The position numbers were made by a program, and so were the translations under genes. Positions 38,501-51,177 of a DNA stretch of 64,000 nucleotides are shown piece by piece. Source of the stretch: Haliotis rufescens (Eukaryota); the NCBI RefSeq assembly GCF_023055435.1, contig NW_025964223.1, positions 37,634,001 through 37,698,000 on the forward strand. The letters run 5' to 3'. Numbering within the stretch: position 1 is the first letter of the stretch; every line of letters begins with the position of its first letter. Under the pieces are notes generated by a model, which did no database searches, had not been told where the DNA came from, and was given only the letters and a program-made list of their open reading frames with translations.

Positions 38501-41500
38501 TTTGGTAATGACGTCTCTCTAGGTCTATTTCCTGGTTAGAAGGACTTTGTTCAGCTGTTTCCGGTGAAGACGTCACTTCCGGTCAATGGTGATAGATGAC
38601 ATTCCCTCTAGGTCCGACTGCACGTCACATAAGTAAAAGCTGGTGAAGGTGTTTTGTGAGGCAGGAGGTGATATCCTTGTTCAAGGTGGTCTTACAGGAT
38701 TGAAAGAGTATCCTTCTGTGGTGTCTTTGTGGGTCTGTAGTCGAGAGATAAAACTTAAGAGCTATGATGGGACATAAGAGTCTGTCTGGTTGATCCACTG
38801 TTGGTCCAAATGCCGGGATTGTATACTGTCTATGACCCAACGGTCCCATTGTGGTAGATTGGTTCTTGGCTATGAATTCTGGAATCGATTTTATATTAAT
38901 AGAAGTCTAATGTTGATCATGGTGGGTAAGACTAGAATAGTCTAAGGCATGGTACTCCGAAACTCTTGCTGCTGTACCATGGCTAGCAGAAACGATGTTT
39001 TCCTGGCTTTTTTAAGTAGGATAGCCTTCGCCATGGGTTCGTAAGGTTCCGTTAACAGTGCCTATAATAGCACAGAGAGATTCCAATTGGGGAAGATACA
39101 TGGGGTCCTAATATCTTCTAGTAGAAAGGATTTCATTAATCTGTTGAGGATGGGATGGTTTCCGATAGATACAGAATGAAGGGCTGATCTGTAACCTTCC
39201 ATCGTCCCGTGTCTGAACTTATTGTCTTGAAGTAGATGAAGAAGGAAGTCCGCTATCATAGGGATTGATACAGCATTATCAATAATCCCAAGTCGTCTTC
39301 TCCACTGGACAAACTTGTCCCACCTGTTGTCACATATAAGGGAGAATGAAGGTCCACAGCATCCAAGGCAAGCTCAGAGTAACCGGATGTTTGCATCTTC
39401 TGTGCGATGACTTCCAAGCAGTTAGATGGGCAGATTTTTGTGGAATATCCTGGCCCTGGGCTATCGTAGCAGATCCAGGGGCTATCTGAAACTGGGGCTA
39501 TCAGTTTTATTACGCAATCTGTCTCCTCCACCTTGTGGATGACCTTGTCTAGGGCTGATCATGGTGGGAATGTGTAGCCAAATAGATTTGTTCAATCCAT
39601 CGAAAGAGCGTCAATCTGGTGAGCTCTTTGGTCGGGAACTGGACTGACATAAACTAGAAGTTGGTTCTGGCAGGTGGGGAATGGATCTATGTGAGGTATG
39701 TCCCAAATCTTGGTTTATCCTTGATGATCTGTGGATGTGATGTCCATTCTGTTGCCACTATTCTCCCCCGATGTGAGAGGCTGTCGGCCAGTATGTTCAG
39801 CTTCCCGGGAATATGTCCCGCTTCTATCCGTCAGTTGAAGGAGTCTGCCAAGGCAAAACATCGTGTAGTCTCCATCATCAGAGAGTTGGATCTGGTTCCT
39901 CCCTGCTTCTGAATATAGGCCACTACTGTGGTGTTGTCCGTGGCTATGACAACTGATGATAGATGAAGATGTATCCTCCATTCCAGGATGGCATAATAGA
40001 TGGCCTTCATTTCCCTGCAGTTGATATGAAGGATCTTCTCCTCTGTGCTCCACAATCCCTGTACTGTGAGATTGTCCATATGAGCTCCCCATCCCGAAAC
40101 TTGATGCGTCTGTGAATAGATGATGGTGTCGGATAAGTCAGCGGGATGCCACTCAACACATGTTCTCTGTGATTCCACCAATGGAGGTCTTGTAGCAAAG
40201 TTGGAGGTAAGTGAGACTGGAATTCTAAGCCCTTCGATCTACCCTCAGCCTTCCTCCAAAGGTCATATCCTGTAGAGATGTCAGGTTGCCTAGCAGAGAC
40301 ATCCACCACCTCAGCGACTTCTTGGGTTGACTTGAGATTGATTGGATCATCTTTACAGTCTTTGTCGAATCGATCCTCTGGTGGACATAGATATCCTCTG
40401 GCTAGCTGGAATCTTGCCCTGATGTATATAATGTCTTGGACCGGAGTGATCTCTGACTTGGCTGGGTTGACTAGGAAACATAGGTAAGTCATAAGGTGGA
40501 CCAAGAATGTTCTGATGTAGCTGATTTTTCCCTTGGTCTGCCGTTAAGAAGATAACCATGGATTAGAACTAGCTGGAGATGGGCGAACTCGATGACTGGC
40601 ACTGTAATTCTGGTGAATAGCCAAGGTGCTATTGCTATCCCGAATGGTAGGATTTGGAATTTGTAGCGTCGGCCATTGATTTTGAAGCGTAGATATTTCC
40701 GAAATGATGGGACGTGAAGATATGTATCTGTAAGATCTAGGCTGATAAGCCTTCTTCAACGTTGACAGCAACTTCCGTATGGACTCCATCTGGAGTTTTG
40801 GAGGCGACACCAGACATCTCTTGTTGAGGGTCTTTAGATCTATTATCATCCTCATCTCGATTGTGTTCTTCTTCGGGACTAAAAAGACTGGTGAGTAAAA
40901 ACCTTTGGAGTTATTTGACTTCTTTAGTTCCCGAATGGCTCACTCCTTTAGTAGTTTCCTGACGGCCAATTCTGCAGCTGCTAACTTGGCACCGGTCAGG
41001 TGAAACCTTCAACCCATGGTGTGTATGTTCAGGCTCCGATGTTTCCTGAAGTGTAGCTTGTAACCGTGAGCCACGACGTCTAGAATGACCTGGCCGTGGC
41101 TTGTCGGCTGGCCGTGCAGCTCAGCTTGTAGCTCTTGTGTAGCATGGCCTGGTGACCTACTACCAGGTGCTAGATTGTCACTACTACTATTGTAGGTGTT
41201 GACTCTAGCACACACAGGAAAAAGTGAGGTTGCCGCCATTATGACATCATGGCTTGGGTAGTTATGAGACTACTTGGCGACAACTAGTTGTGTGTAATTG
41301 ACAGTGAAGAGGACGTCTGTTGAAAATCTGAAAATTTTAGTTAGTGTAATTGAAGCCAAAATACAGGATTTATGGCAGATAGAGGTATAAGATTCGTAAG
41401 AATTAGTTTTTTTTCAGATGATATTTTTGTGTATAAAGCTTGTATCATCACATCACTCCATAGCACAAGCCTTCAAACTATGACCTGCCATATCCTGTGT

Positions 41501-44500
41501 CTTGAAAATATTGTACAACAAGCATGAAATACTCACAAGTCGTTGCCATGGAAACTCGAAATTTATTTTTTTAAAATCCCAAACTATCAAAAGGCACCAG
41601 TTCACCACTAGATCTATCTATGTGCCAAGTTTGATGAAGAAATATAGTACGGTTTACAAGATCTGCTCCGGAAACGAGGACTACCACCATTTTCAGTCTA
41701 AATCAAAGTCGTTACCATGGAAACTCGAAAAATAACTTTTTTAAAAATCCCAAACTATCAAAAGGCACCAGTTCACCACTAGACCTATCTATGTGCCAAG
41801 TATGGTGAAGAAATATAGTATGGTTTTCAAGATCTGCTCCGGAAACGAGGACTACCGCCATTTTCAATCTAAATCAAAGTCGGTGCCATGGAAACTCGAA
41901 AAAGTTTGTTTTTTTAAATCCCAAACTATCAAAAGGCACCAGTTCACCACTAGATCTATCTATGTGCCAAGTATGGTGAAGAAATATAGTACGGTTTTCA
42001 AAATCTGCTCCGGAAACGAGGACTACCGCCATTTTCAGTCTAAATCAAAGTCATTGCCATGGAAACTCGAAAAAATGTCTTTTTAAAAATCCCAAACTAT
42101 CAAAAGGCACCACTTCACCACTAGATCTATCTATGTGCCAAGTTTGGTGAAGAAATATGGTATGGTTTTCAAGATCTGCTCCGGAAACGAAATGTGACGG
42201 ACGGACGGAAGGACGGATGGACGGCACCCATTCCTATATCCCCCTTCCACTTCGTGGCGGGGGATAAAAATCAAGGCTTATCACTCAACACATGCAGCCA
42301 GCTTCTATGCATAGAATGATCTCTCATTACAAATATCCTTTACATCCTGTTGAGTAACCATGGAAGCCATACCCACCCAGGTTGTTGACATTGTCTGCAG
42401 TAATCTTAATGCGGGAAGTCTGCAGGATCAAGCATGTTGGCAGTGTCAGTTTGGCTCGAGGTAGCACTGGTCTGTCAGCTACGTAGGTGTAGTTCATCTT
42501 ATGGTAGGTGCATCCGTTCTTGTAGCTGTTGTTACACTCCACACAGTCTTGAAAAACAACACAGGTCAAGTTCTTACACCCACAGACTGTAACAACACAC
42601 TGTCTCAGGTCAAGTTCTTACACTACACAGGTCAAGTTCTTACACTGCACAGGTCAAGTTCTTACACTACACAGGTAAGATTCTTACACTACACAGGTCA
42701 AGTTCTTACACTACACAGGTCAAGTTCTTACACTACACAGGTCAAGTTCTTACACTGCACAGGTCAAGTTCTTACACTACACAGGTCAAGTTCTTACACT
42801 GCACAGGTCAAGTTCTTACACTGCACAGGTCAAGTTCTTACACTACACAGGTCAAGTTCTTACACTACACAGGTCAAGTTCTTACACTACACAGGTAAGG
42901 TTCTTACACTACACAGGTCAAGTTCTTACACTACACAGGTCAAGTTCTTACACTACACAGGTAAGGTTCTTACACTACACAGGTCAAGTTCTTACACTAC
43001 ACAGGTCAAGTTCTTACACTGCACAGGTCAAGTTCTTACACTACACAGGTAAGGTTCTTACACTACACAGGTCAAGTTCTTACACTACACAGGTCAAGTT
43101 CTTACACTACACAGGTCAAGTTCTTACACTACACAGGTCAAGTTCTTACACTGCACAGGTCAAGTTCTTACACTACCCAGGTCAAGTTCTTACACTGCAC
43201 AGGTAAGGTTCTTACACTACACAGGTCAAGTTCTTACACTACACAGGTCAAGTTCTTACACTGCACAGGTCAAGTTCTTACACTGCACAGGTCAAGTTCT
43301 TACACTACACAGGTAAGGTTCTTACACTACACAGGTCAAGTTCTTACACTACACAGGTCAAGTTCTTACACTACACAGGTCAAGTTCTGACACTACACAG
43401 GTAAGGTTCTTACACTACACAGGTCAAGTTCTTACACTACACAGGTCAAGTTCTTACACTACACAGGTAAGGTTCTTACACTACACAGGTCAAGTTCTTA
43501 CACTACACAGGTAAGGTTCTTACACTACACAGGTCAAGTTCTTACACTACACAGGTAAGGTTCTTACACTACACAGGTCAAGTTCTTACACTACACAGGT
43601 AAGGTTCTTACACTACACAGGTCAAGTTCTTACACTACACAGGTAAGGTTCTTACACTACACAGGTCAAGTTCTTACACTACACAGGTAAGGTTCTTACA
43701 CTACACAGGTCAAGTTCTTAGTCATTCACACAACCATGAACTGTTGAAACTCAGCCGATACTCAGACACCACCACAGAGACCACCCACTCTGCATGAAAT
43801 CTGAACAGGTTCCTGAGTTATGGGGCAGCCCCTACAAGGTAGACCACTACAGATGTACAATTGTAGTGTATTTCAGTGACTTCTACTCACACAGTCCCGA
43901 TAGTTTAGGTGTGTTGTCCAGAGCTGGTGGAGGTTCCGTTGTCTCCTTGGGAGGGAGGGTGGCTCGATCCATGTCTGGGACATCTGTTGGCTGCTTCAGC
44001 AACATGTCTATCACTGTTGGCAACAACATCAACAACAAGCATCATTGGGATAGTTCTAGATTATCTTGTCTGGAAAGAAGCTGTAGACCTGTGTACATAA
44101 TGTCATTCCTGTAGCATGCCTATGTCAGTTGTACTGATTGTATTTGTTAGACCTGGGCAATACAAAGAATCCGTGTCATTGAGTTGTTCCTGTAGCATGC
44201 CTATGTCAGTTGTACTGATTGTATTTGTGAGACCTGGGAAATACGAAGAATCCGTGTCATTGAGTTGTTCCTGTAGCATGCCTATGTCAGTTGTACTGAT
44301 TGTATTTGTGAGACCTGGGAAATATGAAGAATCCGTGTCATTGAGTTGTTCCTGTAGCATGCCTATGTCAGTTGTACTGATTGTATTTGTGAGACCTGGG
44401 AAATACGAAGAATCTGTGTCATTGAGTTGTTCCTGTAGCATGCCTGTACTAGGAAACACGAAGAATCTGTGTCATAAGACAAACAGACATCAAACAATGT

Positions 44501-47500
44501 AAAGAAATTAAGTATGTGAGTTATATTTAATGCCGCTTTGAATAGTCTTCCAGTTATATCAAGGGAAATCAACTTTATATGGGAGGAAAGGATGAGGTGA
44601 TGCAGGTCTCAGATGTTTACCCACAAGCATGGGTATGGATGCTGACAAACTAAGAAACATAATCAGGGCAAACCAGGATTTGAACACACAGTCATAGGTT
44701 TCTGGCATGCCCAAGGGACGCAACTGTGCACAGCAAATTGCGGTGCCTTAGACAACTTGGCATTGAGAATTAAGCATGAAAGTGAACAGGTCCATGTCAT
44801 AAGAGCTTAATTGTTAAAAGTAAAAACTAGAATCAAATACTATTGCAGCAAACCTCAAGGATACAGGACCCCACTAATTTTGAACTCTGTTATACTATTT
44901 ACAACAAACTGGAAACGAAGTGTAATTTATTTGTTTGAAATGTTACATTTAAGACCTATGCTTTTTCACATTTAATATACATGCAAACATGTCTCTTGTT
45001 AATTATTAATGGTAGTCAGTATTTTATTTATCCTACAGAACAGTAATAGTTCAGTGCTGACACAATGAAATGTCATGGTGCTGTGTGGATGCTCACCGGA
45101 CATGTTGGCCAGGGTGAAGGCCGGGGCTGCTGGCTCTTGCCCCTCCACCTTGTCTCGGCCCTGGGGGTCATGATTTAGAGGCACCACAGTGAGGGGACTG
45201 GTAAGGTACAGACGAGTCGTCAGGTTCTGACTGGCAGGGTCGGAGGGAGACAACACACCAGATGTCTGGAAGTGATTGGACAGATGCATCATGGGAGAGA
45301 GACTGCTTGGGGGTGGAGCTGGGTAGTTCTCCCCAGACACCTGCGTGGAGGCACCGGTAGCCACAGACACATGAGCAGACATGGAGTTGGCTATCAGTGA
45401 TGACTGGTCATTAGATTCCGGCAGGTGACAACCAGACTGTCGTAGAAGGTGCCCCGGGGTCATCTGCTGTGTGTCCACAGGGGTGAGTTGGGGGAAGGAT
45501 GGTGATGATGTGCCCTGCGAGCGGGGAGGGTTGAAGACAATCTGACTTCCAAGAGAGGTGACTAGATTGTGGTGAGTGAGAGACTGGATGAAGGGGTGAG
45601 ACAGGCAGGTCTGAAGGGACTGTATGTCACTGGCAGCCAGAGTGGAGGACTCCTGTGTAGACATCACTGGCATTGGCATCGGGAACTGTGCTGGACACAA
45701 ACATCACACTGATTAGTAGACATCCCTATCACATCAGTGGGAGTTGTTTGTCGTAAACTAAAACACCTCACAGAGAATAAACCATGAGGGGCACAGCTCT
45801 GAGCCAATTATTCTCCCTGCAGTATTTTATTTACGATAAACAACTCCCACTTGTCGTTTCTTAAATAGACCTTGATTATCGATCATATCATTTTAACTGG
45901 GGGGCCCCCATTTCGTTTGAAGAAAATGAAAGTGATATGGGAGGTGGAATCTGATTGGTCAAAAGGGGGGACATAATTTGTAACAGCCACTGGTGGCCCC
46001 TACAATCAAGACACAAAATTCCAGCCTAGTTTGCCAAGGGTGGAAACTGCACTTTTTACAGTCAGTTGGTGGGATACACTGGTGTGTGATACTCTAGGGT
46101 TGAAGTCACCAAAATATACCGCACACCAAACAGACACATACATGAGTAAGATCATAAATGGCAGAGCAAGCATGAATATAGTTGAGGTGAGCTAACACAT
46201 GGATTATGTGACGCCCTTACATGAGAAGGTGGAGGCAGCCTGGTGGTGGTCACTGGGCAGTGGCTGTCCAGTGGTCGGCTGTGAAGGGGTGTCCGCAACT
46301 GAAACACCTTGACAACACACATGTTTGAAAAAGTACACTCCCAAATGCAATGATATTTGCACAATCGATACAGATGTAAACATGATAAATATTGTCAGGT
46401 ATTGTTTATGGTTAATAAATCAATCTTGAAATTAAGAATCCATAAAACAGACTTTTGTGGCATTAAAAGAATTTCAAGACTCAAGACTCTTTTATTCTGT
46501 AATAAGGCCTCCAGCCAAGAGTACATGTGTATATAATCAAGTCACAACAATTTTAAATTACAAACAACAATTACAATCATTAAGAAAAGATCTACTATAA
46601 TCATCAAAAGTAAGTGAAGCACTCGTAAACTATATATAAAGTTGTCTCCCTTTAACCTCTGAGATAAACCTGCCTTGCCTGTGTGCATTTAACAATATAC
46701 AGTGCTAAAGATTCTGACAAAGAATTATCTGTCATAACTTTCTCAAATTTGTCGAGAGTACAAAGATTACTGGTGCAAATACTTGGCAAAAGCATATTTC
46801 TGAATTTGTTACACAAGTAACATGATGTAATAAAATGAACTTCATCCTCCACAATTGATACACTCAGATTATCAAAACAATATTTACATACTCTATCCTC
46901 TCTAGCAACTCCTCCCCACCGCCCAATTTCAACAGCCAGTTTGTGGTTACCACATCTGAATCGACTAAGAACAATTCTTAAATTTTTACTCTTCATATTG
47001 TGCAAATACCTTTCAGGCTCCAACACTGATTTGATAATGGAATAATTATTAAGCTTACTTGTTTCACTTATAGATAGTGCCCATGTTTGTTTCCAACAAT
47101 CCTGCAACCTTTCCCTACAAGTTCTAAGGAAATGGGTTATGTCACCAACACCCTGAAAGAATTTCATTTAACATGAATGCCTCTTAGGCCTTAATAAATT
47201 AATTATAAAATTCTCATCTGGCAGGTATAGTTAATGTACACAGATGTTGTGAACATTTTATTCATACAATTGTTTAATAAAAAAATGCCTGTCGCCTCAT
47301 ATAATTTATTGAGACCATAATACATCCTGGTCCAAGACACAAGAATATATAGAGAAATACTAATCATTGCCCATAGCCCATTAAAAGATCACCAACTAAT
47401 TTTCATCTTGCAAATGTGACTGGTTTACCTGAGTCTTTTTTCTCTACAGAAGTTTTCTTGTAGTTGCATGACTGACTTTACCCCTTATCATTAACATGAT

Positions 47501-49161
47501 GCAAAATACACACAAGTCCTTGACCATCTTCAAGACTAGCTGATTGTTTATGAATTGACGATATAAATTTTTTCACACTCTTTCCAAGACATACCTTGGG
47601 TTCCAACAGGCAACATTGTCTGTGATGGTGTTGCAGCAGACACAGCGGAAGATGTGACCACACTTGCTGCCATGGTTACAGGACATGGCAGTGGGTGCTG
47701 AGGGGGCACAAGTGACCCTGAAGCTGGAGCAGTAGACGAAACTGTGTTGATAATGTGGGGTAGCAATGTAGAGTCCATCTGGGCTACGGACTGAGAGGTG
47801 GCAGCACAGTACACAGTGGCCCCTGACAACACTGCTGTCACTGGGATATTGCTGCTGGGTGTAGGCACTGTGTCGGGGCGTTTGTGTGTATCTGGCAGTA
47901 TTCTCTGCAATACCGGAGAAAAAGGCAATGCAACGGAATTGCCACAACTAGATGCTGAGTTCATGGACGACAGAATGTTCTGGTTGTGGACGATGTTCGT
48001 TGGAATAGCTTGAAAGATGGTGGATGTAGGTGGTGCTGGTGCTATAGGGACCACATTCTGGGAGGGGTTGCCAACAGAGTTCGTGGCTGGAACCTGTGAA
48101 GATACTGATGACTGTAAAAGGGGCAGGCTGGCAAGAGCTGCCACCAAGTTTGCTGGGAAGTTTAGTGAAATAGCCTGCTGAAGAATGTTGTTAGGAAGTA
48201 TGGTTGGCTTGACAGTGGGTGTGGGTTGGAGAGGAGCGGACATTGGAGGCTGGCTGTATGCACGTCTCGACTCACTGACACTGTCGTATGTACTAGTTGG
48301 CTGGAATGCAGGTCGAAGAAGTGAGCTGATGGGTACAGTGGTTGTGATATATGTTGGCTGTGCATTGTGGGATGAATTCTCAGATGCTGACACTGAGATC
48401 TGAGGAGAGCTTACATCACACGTCAGCTGACTAGAGCTGGGAGTTAAAGTAGCAGACAGTGAAGACACAGACAGGTCACATTGAAGATTGGAGTTCTGTG
48501 CTAGGGAGCTGATGGTGTTTGAATTTGCAGTGTTGTATCTCAACTGGGTGGAACTGTGGCCCAGGTTCTCAACAGAGAGAGATGTCTGAGAGCTTGATAA
48601 ATCACATTGTAACACTGAGTTGCAGTCCCCGGCAATGAGCTGCATTCCATGAAGCTCTTCATTTGGAATTAGAGATTCTTCCGAGCTCTGTGCGTGAGGC
48701 ATTGTTGCCTGGAGCATGCCAGACTCTGTGTGGTGAGACATGGATTGTTGAAGGATGCTTGAGTCTGTCTGGTGAGAGAGAGATTGTTGAAGCATGTCTG
48801 ACTCTGCCTGGTGAGACATAGATCGTTGAAGTATGTCTGATTCTGTCTGGTGAGAGAGAGATTGTTGAAGTATTTCTGATTCTGACGGGTGAGAGAGAGA
48901 TTGTTGAAGTATTTCTGATTCTGACGGGTGAGAGAGAGATTGTTGAAGTATTTCCGATTCTGTCTGGTGAGACAGAGATTGCTGAAGAATATCGGATTCT
49001 GTCTGGTGAGACAGAGATTGTTGAAGTATGTCGGACTCTGTCTGGTGAGAGATAGATTGTTGCAGCATACTCGCCTCATGTTCTGCCTCTGCTCCATTGA
49101 CAGGCAGCAACATGTCGGTGTGTGTTGTGTCATGACCAGTTGTGGCAAGTCGATCACTCAT
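29583..49161 (-). CDS. PRDM4: PR/SET domain zinc finger protein 4; coding exons 49161..47595, 46298..46221, 45690..45097, 44013..43891, 42547..42377, 37202..37096, 36379..36169, 31120..30827, 30088..29583 (~1216 aa)
   Basis: All junctions GT-AG and phase-compatible (sum 3651 nt); PR knuckle YCVECNNSYKNGCTYH; SET motifs GVF, TEFGPLVG, CNWLMYV, ELLFWF; finger array with FSDQSNLR, QKAHLQSHMIIHTG and terminal KYHLTRHLKSCK (C2HC) as recalled for vertebrate PRDM4. Confidence 0.85.
31265..31500 (-). mobile_element. Degenerate tRNA-headed SINE
   Basis: Minus-strand GTTCGAATCCC box B and TGGTCATGTGG box A-like sequence. Confidence 0.45.
32685..32936 (-). pseudogene. PIF1-like helicase fragment (Helitron/Helentron relic)
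   Basis: ERKQYPGVLPWTVPVHKSQGSTY matches the RxQxPL..A.T.HKSQG.T helicase motif. Confidence 0.65.
32965..34146 (+). mobile_element. Second decayed Tc1-family element (PRDM4 intron)
   Basis: GRPRV, LFSHESRY, FQHDNSRAH, SPDLNPIEHL*DE motifs with frameshifts. Confidence 0.8.
34150..34780 (-). mobile_element. Non-LTR retrotransposon RT fragment
   Basis: GVRQGCVLSPLLFSMFINE and LSVNLEKSKIVF..EYL motifs. Confidence 0.8.
34800..36111 (+). mobile_element. Decayed mariner element interrupted by a SINE
   Basis: GKVMASVF, HQDNATVH, RWQKCQMKGDYVEK* motifs. Confidence 0.8.
35149..35414 (-). mobile_element. SINE-like retroposon (family B)
   Basis: 13-bp TSD TCCAAAGCTTCTG; homologous to 21586..21851. 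Confidence 0.9.
36490..37070. repeat. Degenerate TAAGCCATG-based minisatellite with higher-order structure
   Basis: Over 20 AAGCCATG cores at 16-20 bp spacing. Confidence 0.8.
37845..41405 (-). mobile_element. DIRS1-type tyrosine-recombinase retrotransposon, internally deleted and decayed
   Basis: ~160-bp ITRs (37866..38027 / 41220..41381); ICR ~38084..38170 complementary to both termini; RT (MIIDLKTLN, PFGIAIAP), RNase H (HINCREMKAI, TDNTTVVAYIQKQGGTRS), methylase-like DALSMDW..YTFPP, YR (RVSE, LCPIIAL). Confidence 0.9.
41517..42270 (-). mobile_element. HINE/DINE-1-like element with ~170-bp internal tandem repeats (~3.8 copies)
   Basis: GGGGGATAAAAA end with hairpin, (GACG)n microsatellite, AACAAG at the other end. 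Confidence 0.8.
42560..43720. repeat. 22-bp minisatellite (CAGGTCAAGTTCTTACACTACA), ~50 copies, abutting a PRDM4 splice acceptor
   Basis: Direct periodicity. Confidence 0.95.
44105..44475. repeat. 78-bp tandem repeat (~4.5 copies), intronic
   Basis: 26-aa periodic spurious ORFs on both strands. Confidence 0.9.
45736..45851. repeat. Palindromic dispersed repeat; partial copy at ~16620..16695
   Basis: AGTGGGAGTTGTTT(G)TCGTAAA / TTTACGATAAACAACTCCCACT arms. Confidence 0.6.
46477..47155 (-). mobile_element. 5'-truncated LINE (RTE-X-like 3' end)
   Basis: SRFRCGNHKLAVEIGRW..RVCKYC..VEDEVHFITSC; AATAAA plus (GTCTTGA)n tail; 11-bp TSD AAAGAATTTCA. Confidence 0.85.
48710..49075 (-). repeat. Coding 39-bp minisatellite (13-aa SHQTESDILQQSL, ~9 copies) in the first PRDM4 coding exon
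   Basis: Visible in DNA and in ORF 47548..49161. Confidence 0.9.
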
Positions 49162-51009
49162 TGTCTAATCACATACCATCTAGTCAAACTCAGGTACAGG
49201 GCAGCATACTCATCACGCCTCCTGTTGTTTCTGACATATCTGAAAGATAACAACAGATGTTTCAGACTAAAGCTCCATCAGAGTATGAAGCATGAGTATG
49301 ACTCAACAAGTACTAGCTAGCAAGTAGACATGTCCTAAAACATCTTCATTTTGTATACCTTAAAACTGGAGTCCTTAATTTGTTTCAGTAAAGTGTACTA
49401 TAGGTACATCATGGGTTTGGGAATCTCACTTAGACATTGTTAGGACGCGTACACAAATTTGGATGACCTGTACACAAATTTAGATGACCTGTACAAAGGT
49501 CTAAATGATCCGTACACAAATTTGGTGGACATGTACCCATGTATTTTCATATTTCTTGCATTTCTAACAAGTTAGTATAAAGCACGACGTTCGAAACCAG
49601 TTAACCAGTATATATTCATAATTATTTAACCACGGCACTAACTAACACTAACATATCCAAGCATATGTTTTGGGCACTTTTAATTTTATACACTTCATAG
49701 ACATTTTCAAACCAATCGTTAGCAATTAATTAATATCAGTAGTTTCACACATTCCAACATTTTGATCACTTTTATTTCAATAAAACCCATATCATCATTT
49801 AGAGTACATTTCAAACATTCAATTTACATGTCACTCACTGTGTTGATTGGAATAATTGAAGATTCTCACTTGGACTGAACACCAACAACACATTCAGTGT
49901 CACACATTGGCAGTTCACACAGTGATCAGTGGTCTGTGCCCTCTTCCAGGAGCCTTGTTACCAAACAATATGGCTTAAGCAACAATGTTTTAATTGCAAA
50001 CATGTTTTAATCAACGTTTTGCAGCAGAGCTGATACCTTTCAGAAGCAATTGGAAGTACTAAACCGACTTTCCAGAATTTAAGTTATTGTCTCACGACAA
50101 CATCAGATCAATAAAAGCTAATAATCTTTAAAATCATATAAATTTTACAACTATGCTTTTTGGGTACGTGTCATCAAGTTGATTAGGTATGGGTGGATGC
50201 GGGTAAAACTTATCCAAACTCTGTGTGGGAGTCCGCCAAAATATACAAGGTGTGGATCTCTCTGCATTCAGATTGTCCAGTTCCCTTTGTATCACTGATC
50301 ATTCTCCACTTGGGTACCATAATTTTTTAACCAGCTCTTATTCTGCCTAGCTAAATGTACCATGAATTTTCTTTAGTCATAGTATGCAGGTCATCTGCTT
50401 GCATTCAGCATATGCTCAGCACAATCTGAGACTTTCACAAAATATTGCTTCAAATGTGCACAATTCTATGTGTGCATGGTATGTGAAAATACAAACATAC
50501 AAACCTTGGTATATGACTACAGTGTGGTACACGAATGTCGACAACAACCCTACAACTGGCATGAGATCTACACTAGATGTATACAACCATGGTAATATTC
50601 AGGAAATCAATTATGGAACAGCATCCAACTCTTCGTGCCAATGGTGTCCCACAAGAACAAATGAATGTAGACTCGGGAACACTCATGCATTAAACCACAA
50701 TTTTGATCTATGTGAGATATGTTAGGTCATGTTTATAAGAATAGGCCATTGGGTGATTGACAGAACGCATCTGTCTATGAGATCGATGTTTCTCGACCAT
50801 CTAGGCACTAATCAACTGCAGATCCCAGACATCGCTAGAGACACATATATATGTAATTGTAGTTACACAAACCTTGATAACACTTTGCACTTTATTTGAC
50901 GTTGAATGTTCTTTGGTTGCGATGTAAACACGTTATGTTAGTCCTCATCGAGAAACATTACATTTTTTAACTTCGCTTGCACAAGAGTTCCCGAACTCAA
51001 TCGGAATCC

Positions 51010-51177
51010 GACCAAAACGGCACTCTGTGAAACGTTCACTGACCAAAACGGCACTCTGTGAAACGTTCACTGAACAAAACGGCGCTCTGTGAAACGTTCA
51101 CTGAACAAACGGCACTCTGTGAAACGTTCACTGACCAAAACGGCACTCTGTGAAACGTTCACTGAACAAAACGGCAA
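51010..51177. repeat. 31-bp tandem repeat (~5.4 copies) near the inferred PRDM4 5' end
   Basis: GACCAAAACGGCACTCTGTGAAACGTTCACT; candidate minus-strand donor AAG|GTTTGT at ~50872. Confidence 0.85.

Noticed and set aside
44014-44071. Alternative PRDM4 acceptor at 44070
   Set aside because: Stops occur in all three frames before 44013, so the 44013 start was used
42501-44572. Repetitive ORFs in PRDM4 introns
   Set aside because: Products of the 22-bp and 78-bp tandem repeats
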